A stretch of DNA of 64,000 nt, taken from positions 32,001 through 96,000 of the IMG/VR virus record IMGVR_UViG_3300037516_000306; one strand, given 5' to 3'. This DNA is from a virus. Each line of letters opens with the position of its first letter. The stretch's first letter is position 1. The translations under genes were made by a program, and so were the position numbers. This document shows positions 10,413 to 19,834 of the stretch, piece by piece. The notes beneath the pieces were generated by a model. It saw only the letters and a program-made list of their open reading frames with translations. It made no database searches and was not told the origin of the DNA.

Positions 10413-12026
10413 TTAATCTTGTATTAATCTTACTGAGAAACCAAGTGTTGGAGTACTACCAAAATTTCTATAAACAATTCCATCAGCAGGAGTCATTAGG
10501 CGATAATAATAATCTGTAGAAGGAAGAAGTGATGAAGGCCACCAATTACCACTAAAACCAAGATTACTAAATGCACCAAAACTATCTCGTAGACCTCCTC
10601 CAAGTGCTGAAAAGCCAGTACTATTAGTAGCATCTATATTATTAACATTCCAGTGACATAATCCTGTTTGTTTTAATGCACTACCAGCAACGCTTGAACC
10701 TCCTAAAAATGTAGTTAGCGTTGTCCATTCTGCATCACTTGGAACATGATAACCTGTTGGAGCTAATCCCCTTGGATCATTTACAGCGTACCAGTTGTAT
10801 ATTTTTCCATAAATTGGTCCATTTGCTGAATCATTATTGTAGTAACACCATGCAGGAGTAGTTAATGCTGCCCAAGCAGTTGGATCACTTACTTCTGGAA
10901 TAGGATCACCATTTGCAAAAGTAGTAATATTTAGATTACATCCAGTCCACACTTGAGTTCCAATTGTTACATTACCTGGTATACAATTTACACATACAGT
11001 TGTTGTTGTAGTAGTTGTTGGTGCTACAGTGGTAGTAGATGTAGTAGTAGAACTAGAACTACTAGTTGTTGTTGTAGTTGTTGGATCTGGAAGTTGATTA
11101 GCAGTTCCAGTGAAGTTACAATTTGGTATAGCAGTTGTTGTTGTAGTAGTTGTAATTCCAGGACATAATCCACCAATACAATCAGCTCCAACTGTAATTA
11201 ATACAAGATCACTGTCTGCAGATGCACAACATCCACAAAATTGTGATGTTTGATTTGCAGCAATTGTAAAATCAATAGGCTCTCCAAGACAATTATTATA
11301 TAAAATATTATGGCTTGCACTACTATCTGTATTTTCAAATGTCAAACATTCACAAGGAATTGGTGTTGTTGTTGTAGTGGTAGTAGGTGCTATTGTCGTA
11401 GTACTAGTTGATGTTGATGATGTTGTACTTGTAGTTGGAGGAAAGCAAGGACCATTTGGAATCACTATAATAGTTCCAGGAACAGTTAGAGGACTATCTG
11501 TTACAACACAAATATTTGTATCTCCTGGATATAGTATAATAGCGTCTGGCTCTTGTGTTGTACAATCAGTAATAATTATAGCTACTGGTACATCTCCTGT
11601 ATTAGTTAATGAGAAGTTTTCACAAAGACGTATTGTTGTTGTACTTGTTGTAGTAGGTACAGCAGTAGTAGAAGTTGTTGTTGTACAACATTCACCTAAT
11701 ATATTATATATGTTAGTAATATTATTGTTGATATTAGTAATCTCATTCTTAATATTAATAATTTCAATATTTAATATATTAATCTGTGTTAATAGATTAC
11801 ATATAATCTCATCAATCTTTTGTAATATCACATTAAGTGTATCACATGGTTCAGCTGTCGTACAACTTAATGCAGGACCATCATAAACAATAGTGCTAGA
11901 AGCAGTTAAATGAGTACCACATGGATTGTTACAACCACCATTGGTGATTGTAGAACTACATCCACAAGGACTATTTAAAACTACATCTGTACAGCAAGGA
12001 TTTACTGGTAAATATGGATATGCCAT
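10413..12026 (-). CDS. Fibre-like protein with C-terminal FISUMP (Fib_succ_major) domain; putative receptor-binding protein
   Basis: IGTQVW..NL, YGKIYNWYAV, APTGYHVPSDAEW and GFSVRL motifs; Thr linkers. Confidence 0.8.
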   Translation of the reverse strand: MAYPYLPVNPCCTDVVLNSPCGCSSTITNGGCNNPCGTHLTASSTIVYDGPALSCTTAEPCDTLNVILQKIDEIICNLLTQINILNIEIINIKNEITNINNNITNIYNILGECCTTTTSTTAVPTTTSTTTIRLCENFSLTNTGDVPVAIIITDCTTQEPDAIILYPGDTNICVVTDSPLTVPGTIIVIPNGPCFPPTTSTTSSTSTSTTTIAPTTTTTTTPIPCECLTFENTDSSASHNILYNNCLGEPIDFTIAANQTSQFCGCCASADSDLVLITVGADCIGGLCPGITTTTTTTAIPNCNFTGTANQLPDPTTTTTTSSSSSTTTSTTTVAPTTTTTTTVCVNCIPGNVTIGTQVWTGCNLNITTFANGDPIPEVSDPTAWAALTTPAWCYYNNDSANGPIYGKIYNWYAVNDPRGLAPTGYHVPSDAEWTTLTTFLGGSSVAGSALKQTGLCHWNVNNIDATNSTGFSALGGGLRDSFGAFSNLGFSGNWWPSSLLPSTDYYYRLMTPADGIVYRNFGSTPTLGFSVRLIQD

Positions 12027-12038
12027 TTTATTGATTTA

Positions 12039-13160
12039 TTAATAAGGTTTATACATAATCCAATAACAAGCTGTTACTGGTTGAATGTTTGAATGAGGAA
12101 GTCCTCCACCTGCTGGACCAGCTACATTATTTATTGAAACTGTAATTCCTGTTGATGCTGGTGCTGTAAAAAATGTAGATTGCAAAGGTGTATTATTAGT
12201 ATTTGCATTCTGAAATTGTCTTGTAGTACTACCTGTATCCAATATTCCCAATACACCTTTTCCAGTTGGTCCAACTTGATGTGTGTGTGTAGGATCATTA
12301 ACAATTGCTGTATTAGCATGTGTATGTAAAGGAATTTGTGTAGATGATAATGTAATTTGATTTGCACCAACTTCATCAAAAATAGCATAGTTTGGATTAC
12401 CAGATCCAGGACTTGGAAGAACAGATGGATCTAGTGAATTTCCAGGAACATTAACAATTGCACCTGTTAAAGCTCTACCTCTTAAATCAGGAGTTCCATT
12501 CTCTCCATTACATAGATATATTTTTTCCCAAGGACTACCTATTATACCAGCTCCTGTACTATTAAAATATGAAAGAGATCCAAAATAAGGAACCACTGAG
12601 AATGGAACCATTTTATTACTAATTAATCCAGTAGATAAACTATCTAAATAATCTTGGATTAATGTGTTAAGTTGATCTAATTGTACATACGTATCTGGTA
12701 GATCCATTACTAACTGATCAAACTCATCTCTTAATGTACAAAGTGCAGTGATTGTAGCTTGTAATACAGAATGTGTATCTGAAGAACTTGTTACTCCTGT
12801 TAAACATCCAACATTATAATCTCCATTCAATATTGCAAGTTCTGCTACAATAACATCAACTTGATCTTGAAGATCACAAGTAGATTTTATAATAGCTGAT
12901 AGTATATCATTTAATGAAAGATCTCCACAGTTAGGTAGATTTGCTTGAACTAAATCACAAATAATCTGAGGATCAATAATAGGTTTGATTCCTGTACCAT
13001 CTATTGCAGATGTAAGGAATGTAATCAATGCTTGTTCTACAAATGATAATGAATCACCAGTTTGAATTCCTAGGACAGGAACATCTATTCCTGTATATTT
13101 AACACATCTGTCAGAGACAATCTCTGTACATCCGTTATAACAATTTGAGCAATTGGACAT
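12039..13160 (-). CDS. Tail fibre protein with phage tail-collar domain
   Basis: LCNGENGTPDLRGR, QIPLHTH and PHSNIQP motifs. Confidence 0.8.
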   Translation of the reverse strand: MSNCSNCYNGCTEIVSDRCVKYTGIDVPVLGIQTGDSLSFVEQALITFLTSAIDGTGIKPIIDPQIICDLVQANLPNCGDLSLNDILSAIIKSTCDLQDQVDVIVAELAILNGDYNVGCLTGVTSSSDTHSVLQATITALCTLRDEFDQLVMDLPDTYVQLDQLNTLIQDYLDSLSTGLISNKMVPFSVVPYFGSLSYFNSTGAGIIGSPWEKIYLCNGENGTPDLRGRALTGAIVNVPGNSLDPSVLPSPGSGNPNYAIFDEVGANQITLSSTQIPLHTHANTAIVNDPTHTHQVGPTGKGVLGILDTGSTTRQFQNANTNNTPLQSTFFTAPASTGITVSINNVAGPAGGGLPHSNIQPVTACYWIMYKPY

Positions 13161-13188
13161 GTTATTTTATTTTAAGTTATTGTTTATA

Positions 13189-14352
13189 TTATAAAGCATC
13201 AAAGTGCGTATAGATTGTTCTAATTCCACTTGGAGCTAATGTTGTTGTTGTGCTTGTAGTTGAACTAGTAGAACTTGTTGTTGTACTTGTTGAACTACTG
13301 CTAGTAGTGGTAGTAGATGAAGTAGGTTCAATACCACATATATACATATCAAATCCAGTTCCATTTAAACTTCCAGGATTATTTCCTGTTATTGTAATTG
13401 TATTGAAAGGTGCATCTGCAACCACTTCAATATTTCCTCCTGTACGCTGTTCTGGTGAAGGCATAGAACCTGCAACAACATTTGGAGCTTCAACTCTAAA
13501 GTCATTACATCCAGCTAATTCTGTTACTACTGTATTTGCAGCATTTGTTGTAAATGTATAATATTCTGATATACCTAATTGGTCAGCATAACCCATTCCA
13601 TACATTACAAATTTTACTGCAGTTTGAGCAGTACTATATGTTATTGTAAATGTAAAAGCTCCATCACTATAATTTAAAAAAATTGATCCACCTGTTCCAA
13701 CATCTCCACCAAATTGTCCACCTACACAATTAATAAAAGGAGGACTTGGTAAACTAAGTAGTGGTAACGCTCCTGTATATGTAGTGCTAACTACTAATCC
13801 AGAACTAAGTGTCATAGTTCCATCACCTGTATATCTATTTGGAAAACCTACAGGACCATAATAACCAACAGGACATCCTGCTGTAGAATTACTTGTGGTA
13901 GATGTAGTAGTTGTACTTGTTGAACTTGAACTTGTTGTTGTTGTAGTTGGTATTGCAGTTGTACTAGTACTGGTTGTAGATGTACTAGTTGAACTTGTAG
14001 TAGTTGTAGTTCTTACAGGATTTGGTACAATAATAATATCACAAGGTTCCTCTAAACAACGTTCTGGTTCATTACATCTACTAACACATCCTAATGTAAG
14101 ACGTATCACTCTACTAGCTATCATCTTAACAGAGTACTTACATACGTAGTTAGGATTACAATACTTATAAGTTAATATTCTCCTGTAACCTATTAACTGA
14201 AGAATGTCATCAGCAGGTACTGGTTTATTTAACATATACGATATGTTATTATATAAATTATTGCCAAGCTCAGCTAACTTACAATCTATCTTTTTAAGTA
14301 AAGAAGGTATATCAGCGCATTCTGGGCAATTATTTAGTCTTGGTGATAACAT
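13189..14352 (-). CDS. Putative virion protein: Cys-rich N-domain plus Thr-tract-flanked beta domain
   Basis: 387 aa in structural block; two long T/S tracts. Confidence 0.65.
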   Translation of the reverse strand: MLSPRLNNCPECADIPSLLKKIDCKLAELGNNLYNNISYMLNKPVPADDILQLIGYRRILTYKYCNPNYVCKYSVKMIASRVIRLTLGCVSRCNEPERCLEEPCDIIIVPNPVRTTTTTSSTSTSTTSTSTTAIPTTTTTSSSSTSTTTTSTTSNSTAGCPVGYYGPVGFPNRYTGDGTMTLSSGLVVSTTYTGALPLLSLPSPPFINCVGGQFGGDVGTGGSIFLNYSDGAFTFTITYSTAQTAVKFVMYGMGYADQLGISEYYTFTTNAANTVVTELAGCNDFRVEAPNVVAGSMPSPEQRTGGNIEVVADAPFNTITITGNNPGSLNGTGFDMYICGIEPTSSTTTTSSSSTSTTTSSTSSTTSTTTTLAPSGIRTIYTHFDAL

Positions 14353-14364
14353 AGTATTAATTTT

Positions 14365-14460
14365 TTATTTGTTTACTTTAGAAGCGCATTGTCCGCATAG
14401 TCCATCTCTCAATTGACATCCACACCCCACATTAGCTCCACATGAATTACATTGTGCCAT
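14365..14460 (-). CDS. 31-aa Cys-rich microprotein
   Basis: MAQCNSCGANVGCGCQLRDGLCGQCASKVNK; fills the gap between neighbours, starting 2 nt after the upstream stop. Confidence 0.75.
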   Translation of the reverse strand: MAQCNSCGANVGCGCQLRDGLCGQCASKVNK

Positions 14461-14462
14461 AA

Positions 14463-15026
14463 TTAATAAAAGTTTATTTGGTAGTTGTTACCTGAACAAC
14501 CACAGTTGGTTCTTAAAAAGTTATCTAACATATTATCTGCCTGTACATATAATGTATTTGATTCATATTCTGCACAGTTATTAGCTGCAGCAATAGCTCC
14601 TTGAATAAAGAAGTTAATTGTGTTTAATTGAACACTAGATTGTGTTTTAAGTGCTCTGTCGCACTCCATCATATTTAATTGCAAAAACGCATTGTCAAAC
14701 TTCTCTTGAAGTCTATCAACACGTAATATTGTTTTCTCCACATAGTTTGCATATGCAGGAGCAACAGAATATCTTAATCTGTACACTCCATCTGGAAGTG
14801 GTTGATTACAACCAGGATCTGTAATTCCTAAATTAGAAGATGTAAATACATTTAATTGGTCAGGAACAAAAGGTAAAATCTTGGTTCCGAATCCTGGTAT
14901 ATCAATCTCAATAGATGGTGCTGAGACCACTGGAGGATTGGTAGGATATACAGAAGCATCTGCAACACCAAGAGTATTAACATCGTAAGTAGGTACTACT
15001 AGTATATCTAATTGTAAGTTTGCCAT
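14463..15026 (-). CDS. Conserved putative structural protein
   Basis: LPDGVY motif; position in virion block. Confidence 0.55.
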   Translation of the reverse strand: MANLQLDILVVPTYDVNTLGVADASVYPTNPPVVSAPSIEIDIPGFGTKILPFVPDQLNVFTSSNLGITDPGCNQPLPDGVYRLRYSVAPAYANYVEKTILRVDRLQEKFDNAFLQLNMMECDRALKTQSSVQLNTINFFIQGAIAAANNCAEYESNTLYVQADNMLDNFLRTNCGCSGNNYQINFY

Positions 15027-15042
15027 GTTGTTTTTAAATAAA

Positions 15043-15083
15043 TATGCCAGAGGAATGTGAGTTATCCTCTTTCCCCTGGCATA
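15043..15083 (-). terminator. Long intergenic hairpin (terminator or processing site)
   Basis: TATGCCAG...CTGGCATA outer stem with imperfect inner stem; T-rich downstream on minus strand. Confidence 0.5.
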
Positions 15084-15112
15084 GGTTATTATTAATTTCT
15101 ACTTGTTAATCC

Positions 15113-16243
15113 TTAAGGAGCAGTTGTAGTAGTAGTTGTAGTTGTGATACAAGTATTATTATCTGGAACAGTTCCTAAAGCAGCTTCTAAGATTGCTTCA
15201 AATGGAGCAGTTAAGTTACTACCACCTTGAGGCACAGCAATAATCACTGTAGAATCTTCCATGATGTAATCACCCCATTGGTATTCAGATTTGTTATACT
15301 CGTTGAATTTGATATAGAATGAGTTGTACATAGTACCATTAGATACCCAAGACTCAAAGTTCTCATTGTATCCATTCATTCTATATAAGTGTTTCAAGTA
15401 ACCTGCTTGGTAGCTGTAGAAGTTTTTCTCTAATTGAGCAATCTCTGCAGATGTTCCAGTAGGATAAGAAGCACGTTGTGCAATTGTTTCAGTAGCAACA
15501 ATGTTACAAGCATCCGCTACGATAAAGTCAGCAGTAGTAGCTGGACCAGCATAAACGAAAGTTCTGAAAGACAATCTATCATATTCAAATGGGAACGCTG
15601 CGATATCACAAGGTTGTCCATATACAGTTAATGGTTTTCCAGTAATACGTAAGATAGTTCCACCTACATTTTCAAATGTATAGAATGTGTTGAAGCTAAT
15701 GTTATCAGGGTTATTACCTGGAGCTTGTTGAGTTAATTTAGCAATCAATAAGTCAATAATAATATTTGGACTTACATCAGCACATGGATTTTCGTCACAA
15801 CCACAACAAGGAGCTTGGATAGTTACTGAACGAGTGAAACCATTGAAATACAAAGTATTGATGTAGCTAGAAAAACCACGTAAAGTTAACGTGATGCTTT
15901 CTCCACATTGTACTAAGAAATCAGTTACATCAGTAATTTGATTAGCAGCAGTTGGACATCCTGTTACTTTGTACCATTCTGTTACGTTAGAGTTGCAACC
16001 AGATCCTGAAGGACATCCTTTGATCTTATCAGATCTTTTAGAACCTTGCAAGTAAGTGTTTGTTCTACCTTGAGCTACATAGAAGTAAGGAGAAGCAGCA
16101 ATATTCAAAGCAGTAGCTACAGAATAATCGCTTTTAAAAATTCCCACAGTACCTGGAGTTAGGTCTTGTGTTGAGCCAGAGCTAGGGACAGCACTCTGCC
16201 CTACTGGAACCACGAATAACGTGGTTAATGAAAAATCAGCCAT
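15113..16243 (-). CDS. Conserved crAss-like virion protein (gene-74-like position) with poly-Thr tail
   Basis: Third gene after MCP; KRSDKI motif; ends CITTTTTTTAP. Confidence 0.6.
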   Translation of the reverse strand: MADFSLTTLFVVPVGQSAVPSSGSTQDLTPGTVGIFKSDYSVATALNIAASPYFYVAQGRTNTYLQGSKRSDKIKGCPSGSGCNSNVTEWYKVTGCPTAANQITDVTDFLVQCGESITLTLRGFSSYINTLYFNGFTRSVTIQAPCCGCDENPCADVSPNIIIDLLIAKLTQQAPGNNPDNISFNTFYTFENVGGTILRITGKPLTVYGQPCDIAAFPFEYDRLSFRTFVYAGPATTADFIVADACNIVATETIAQRASYPTGTSAEIAQLEKNFYSYQAGYLKHLYRMNGYNENFESWVSNGTMYNSFYIKFNEYNKSEYQWGDYIMEDSTVIIAVPQGGSNLTAPFEAILEAALGTVPDNNTCITTTTTTTTAP

Positions 16244-16270
16244 TTTAATTTATTTAAATGTTAATAAAGT

Positions 16271-17002
16271 TTATTCGTTTGTTTGTATTCTGTAAGCTGC
16301 ACTTTGTACTGCAGATTGGTTTTCAGTATACATTGCTAGATTTTGTACTGTTAAGTCTAACAGCTCATCCTCTAAATATAATTCAAGTTCACAATTTTGA
16401 TCAAATGATGGTTGCCCATCTAACATTATATATCCTGTTTTATTTATATATACTGGATATCTCATGTACATCATGTAAACTTTAGTTGGGGTAAATGTAC
16501 CATCTGTAAAATAACTTATTTCATCTGATGATAAAGAGTTGAATGTTTCTTGATATTCAAAACTTGGTCTATAATGATCATTGTTTAATATAAACTGAAG
16601 ATCACCATGTTTAGCAAGATCTCTATTGATCCAGATCTTTCTATCTTTACATCTACCTTTGTCTGCCAGTATATATGAATCTATGTAGAACATATATTGT
16701 GGACTAAGTTGATGTACATATGTACACCATTGATTCAATTCAACATTCTTTAACGTAAGATCTAAAGGTTGATGATTGTAATTCATTATAAGACTTTGTA
16801 AGTCTTCATAACGTTTCTTAAATGAATCTTGTCCTAATTGACTAGCAGTACTAATACCATCAATCTTTTGTTTTATCAACTTAATCTGAGCTTCATTCAA
16901 AGCTAAGATTTTGTCTTCTAGTTGAATCTGTTGGTGCTCATTAGTTGATAGTTTATTTAGTTTCTGATCGATCTTATACAATAAACTATCTACTGGTATC
17001 AT
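16271..17002 (-). CDS. Conserved crAss-like ring/adaptor protein
   Basis: LNEAQ, KRYEDLQSL, YMRYP and CELE motifs; position after MCP. Confidence 0.6.
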   Translation of the reverse strand: MIPVDSLLYKIDQKLNKLSTNEHQQIQLEDKILALNEAQIKLIKQKIDGISTASQLGQDSFKKRYEDLQSLIMNYNHQPLDLTLKNVELNQWCTYVHQLSPQYMFYIDSYILADKGRCKDRKIWINRDLAKHGDLQFILNNDHYRPSFEYQETFNSLSSDEISYFTDGTFTPTKVYMMYMRYPVYINKTGYIMLDGQPSFDQNCELELYLEDELLDLTVQNLAMYTENQSAVQSAAYRIQTNE

Positions 17003-17030
17003 ATGCTTTTATATTTTTAAAACTAGCCTC

Positions 17031-17999
17031 TTATACAGAAGCTAGCTTTTTAGTTTTCAACTTACCTTCTAATGTCAATAACTCATCTTGGTTATCATCA
17101 TCAGCTAGGAATTTAATTAAATCTTGTTCATCTTTAGCAATTTCAAATTCACCTTCGTAAACTTTACCATTTGGTTTAACTCTGTAAACTGAATGTGTAA
17201 TTGCTTGTTTAATTAAATCTTGTATATGGAGTAAATTTTCTTTCATGTCAGCAAATCTATTAAACACTTCAACTGGATTCAATCCTGAATATTTACCATT
17301 CGTGAATTCTGTTTGTTTCAATATATTATCTACTTGATTATAAACAACTTCTTCCATTGTGTCTTCTGATACTGGAAGACCTAAAAGTCTTGCAACTTTA
17401 CGTTTCTTCTCAGGAGTCATAGAATCAAACTTAACAATAGCTTTGTTAATCAATTGTTTTTTCTTGTAGATCACTGCATTTTCTATCTCATCATCAACAA
17501 CATAAAATTGTGTATCTGCTGGATATTCTCCTCTTTCCCATGCTTGGTGAGAAGATGCAATAGTTGGATGTACTCTTAACCATGAAAAGGCTATCTCTTG
17601 AAAAGGAACTGATAGATCAAAGTAATTATCACCATCTAATAACTTAACTGGTTGTACATGTGTTTGATCATCTGTAGAAGTTGATAACCCATAATTCCAA
17701 AACTTTGAACGAGGTCCTAAATCAATATCACCTAATTCATTTTCAAGTCTTGCTTTAAGTTTAGTTACTCTTTCTATTTCTAACTCTCTTTCAGTTTGAT
17801 CTGCAATTCTTCTGATGTAAGTAGAGTCTGGATCTAATCCTGTTCTATACTTTCCATCTAATTCTTTATAAGGATACTTGAATACTCCTGTTCCAGGAAT
17901 TCTTGTAAATCCTTTTTGCGATAGTCCACTGTCCATTGTCTGCAGTTGAGAACTGTTATACTCACGTTTTATCGTAGAGATTTTGCCTGTTTTACCCAT
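17031..17999 (-). CDS. Conserved crAss-like protein following MCP (gene-75-like)
   Basis: YRTGLD and RKVARLLG motifs; synteny. Confidence 0.6.
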   Translation of the reverse strand: MGKTGKISTIKREYNSSQLQTMDSGLSQKGFTRIPGTGVFKYPYKELDGKYRTGLDPDSTYIRRIADQTERELEIERVTKLKARLENELGDIDLGPRSKFWNYGLSTSTDDQTHVQPVKLLDGDNYFDLSVPFQEIAFSWLRVHPTIASSHQAWERGEYPADTQFYVVDDEIENAVIYKKKQLINKAIVKFDSMTPEKKRKVARLLGLPVSEDTMEEVVYNQVDNILKQTEFTNGKYSGLNPVEVFNRFADMKENLLHIQDLIKQAITHSVYRVKPNGKVYEGEFEIAKDEQDLIKFLADDDNQDELLTLEGKLKTKKLASV

Positions 18000-18026
18000 A
18001 ATGTAGTTTAATTAAATATTTGGTTT

Positions 18027-18226
18027 ATTTTAGAAGAGTGTCCCCATTGAAGGGAATGCGACTGGGAAACCCAATCCATCACTCTAAAACTTAGTTACGT
18101 TGCTGTGCAAGAGGCTTGACTAAGTAGGGTTGAGATCAATCCCCTCTGGGAGGGAGAGGAGGTGAGGGGATCTTTCTCGGAAAAAAGAGATGTGTGCTGT
18201 TCTATTATGGGAAGCATCACATCTAC
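18027..18226 (-). ncRNA. Candidate structured RNA/cis-element downstream of MCP
   Basis: GC-rich 200-nt spacer folding into four consecutive stems, including a three-way junction. Confidence 0.55.
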
Positions 18227-18235
18227 GTTTTATTA

Positions 18236-19798
18236 TTAGAATTGTGGGATTTCCTCGATCAACACAGTTCTAGATAAATCTTCAATAAATACATCACATC
18301 TGTCTTTCATCCAGATTTCGTATCCTGGGAATTTATTAGCAGAACTCATACCTTGAGATTTAGCAAAACCTAAGTGGTGACGAGTACCATCAATATAACC
18401 CCATGTCATAGAAGGAGCACCTTTCATACGTACTTCTCTAATGTTGTTTACCATTGATCCATCAGACATTGGAGAAACATCAAACACCATAAATACTGGA
18501 GTAGATTTTTTGTTTTGTCCAAACTCTAAGTTAGATTGTGGTAAATCTAATTCTTTTAAGTGAATCAATTCAACACGTCCAGTCTCACGAGTTACCATTG
18601 CATCAAATGCAAAGTTGTAAGTGATGTGTTGTCCTTCTCCTTGCATATATCTGTTTCCAGAATCAGCCATGAAAGTAAGACCTGAATTTAATGCATCTGT
18701 TTTTAAAGCTTGTTGGAATACATCGAATCCAGCTTCATTAGTATACATCTTAACACTTCTATCTTTTACATCCACTCTTCTGTAGAATAAATCTCCAAAT
18801 ACAGAACGGATTAAGTTAGCAGAGAATTCACCTCTGTTATATTGTACTAAGTTTCCATTGTTTCTCATTCTGTGGTATACACCAGCAGATGTTCTTTTCA
18901 ATTCTTGTTTAGAACCATTAGTTTTAACTGTACCTGGTTTAGCCCAGATCATACGTTTAACTTTCAACTCTAACATAGATTTACGCATCCAGAACTCAAT
19001 GAACGGTTCCCATTTAACATCATTACGAGTTAAAGGTAATTGGTTACGTCTTTGTGGAGCATAAACTAAGATGTCTAATGGTTTACCAGAAGAATCTCTC
19101 ATCATTTTATCATCAGCCCATTCAGTGATTTTGTGCTCATATCCATATGCAGAACCTAAAGATTCGAACATTGTGATTTGCTCACCTAATCTTGGAAGAC
19201 CTAATAAGTCTTGATCAAACTCACCAATAGCAGCATCAACTAATTCTAGTTCTACACCATATTGTAAGAAGATAGGATTAACAAAATCAACTTGTGGATT
19301 ATCACTTACTAATGTAAATGTATACAAGTAACCCATGTTCCATGGCTGAGGATCTTTGATTACATAGAATCTAGGACCGTACTGACGAGTACCTACAGAA
19401 ATGATTGCATTTTTAGAGAACTCATTAGTATCTAATATTAAAGAGAACTCTTGACCATCAATACCAGTTTTTCCAGCTAAGATAAGATCTTGCGTAGAAG
19501 TAGGGATGTCAATGATTTTTGGGAATTTGTAAGGAACAGCGATTTGCCATTTCCATGCATCACTATTATTATCAATGTAATAAGGTGTGCTTTTGTTGAT
19601 CATGTCTAGGAAGTCATTACTATACAATGAGCTCTGAGTATATAAAGAAATGATTTTCTTGTCATAATCAGCAGGCTCAGTAGAGTGAAAACTTTCCAAG
19701 TGATTTGAGTCAGTAAGTTTTCCTACCGCACGTTTGTCCATAGACGCTACACGAGCATAAGTAAAACCTGTTAAACCTGGGATTGTTTGAATTGCCAT
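18236..19798 (-). CDS. Major capsid protein (crAss-like)
   Basis: 520 aa after portal and acidic scaffold; TDSNHL and YTNEAGF motifs; high-expression codon bias (TTC/AAC/CGT). Confidence 0.9.
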   Translation of the reverse strand: MAIQTIPGLTGFTYARVASMDKRAVGKLTDSNHLESFHSTEPADYDKKIISLYTQSSLYSNDFLDMINKSTPYYIDNNSDAWKWQIAVPYKFPKIIDIPTSTQDLILAGKTGIDGQEFSLILDTNEFSKNAIISVGTRQYGPRFYVIKDPQPWNMGYLYTFTLVSDNPQVDFVNPIFLQYGVELELVDAAIGEFDQDLLGLPRLGEQITMFESLGSAYGYEHKITEWADDKMMRDSSGKPLDILVYAPQRRNQLPLTRNDVKWEPFIEFWMRKSMLELKVKRMIWAKPGTVKTNGSKQELKRTSAGVYHRMRNNGNLVQYNRGEFSANLIRSVFGDLFYRRVDVKDRSVKMYTNEAGFDVFQQALKTDALNSGLTFMADSGNRYMQGEGQHITYNFAFDAMVTRETGRVELIHLKELDLPQSNLEFGQNKKSTPVFMVFDVSPMSDGSMVNNIREVRMKGAPSMTWGYIDGTRHHLGFAKSQGMSSANKFPGYEIWMKDRCDVFIEDLSRTVLIEEIPQF

Positions 19799-19834
19799 TG
19801 TTTATTCGTTTTTGTTATTAATTAATTATTTTTG

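Noticed and set aside
10413-10980. Diversity-generating retroelement targeting the FISUMP domain
   Set aside because: No reverse transcriptase and no template repeat of the 3' end seen in the window; one could lie outside it
8733-14352. Plus-strand Val-rich ORFs (e.g. 11377..11886, 13250..13561, 13895..14149)
   Set aside because: Antisense shadows of ACN Thr codon tracts
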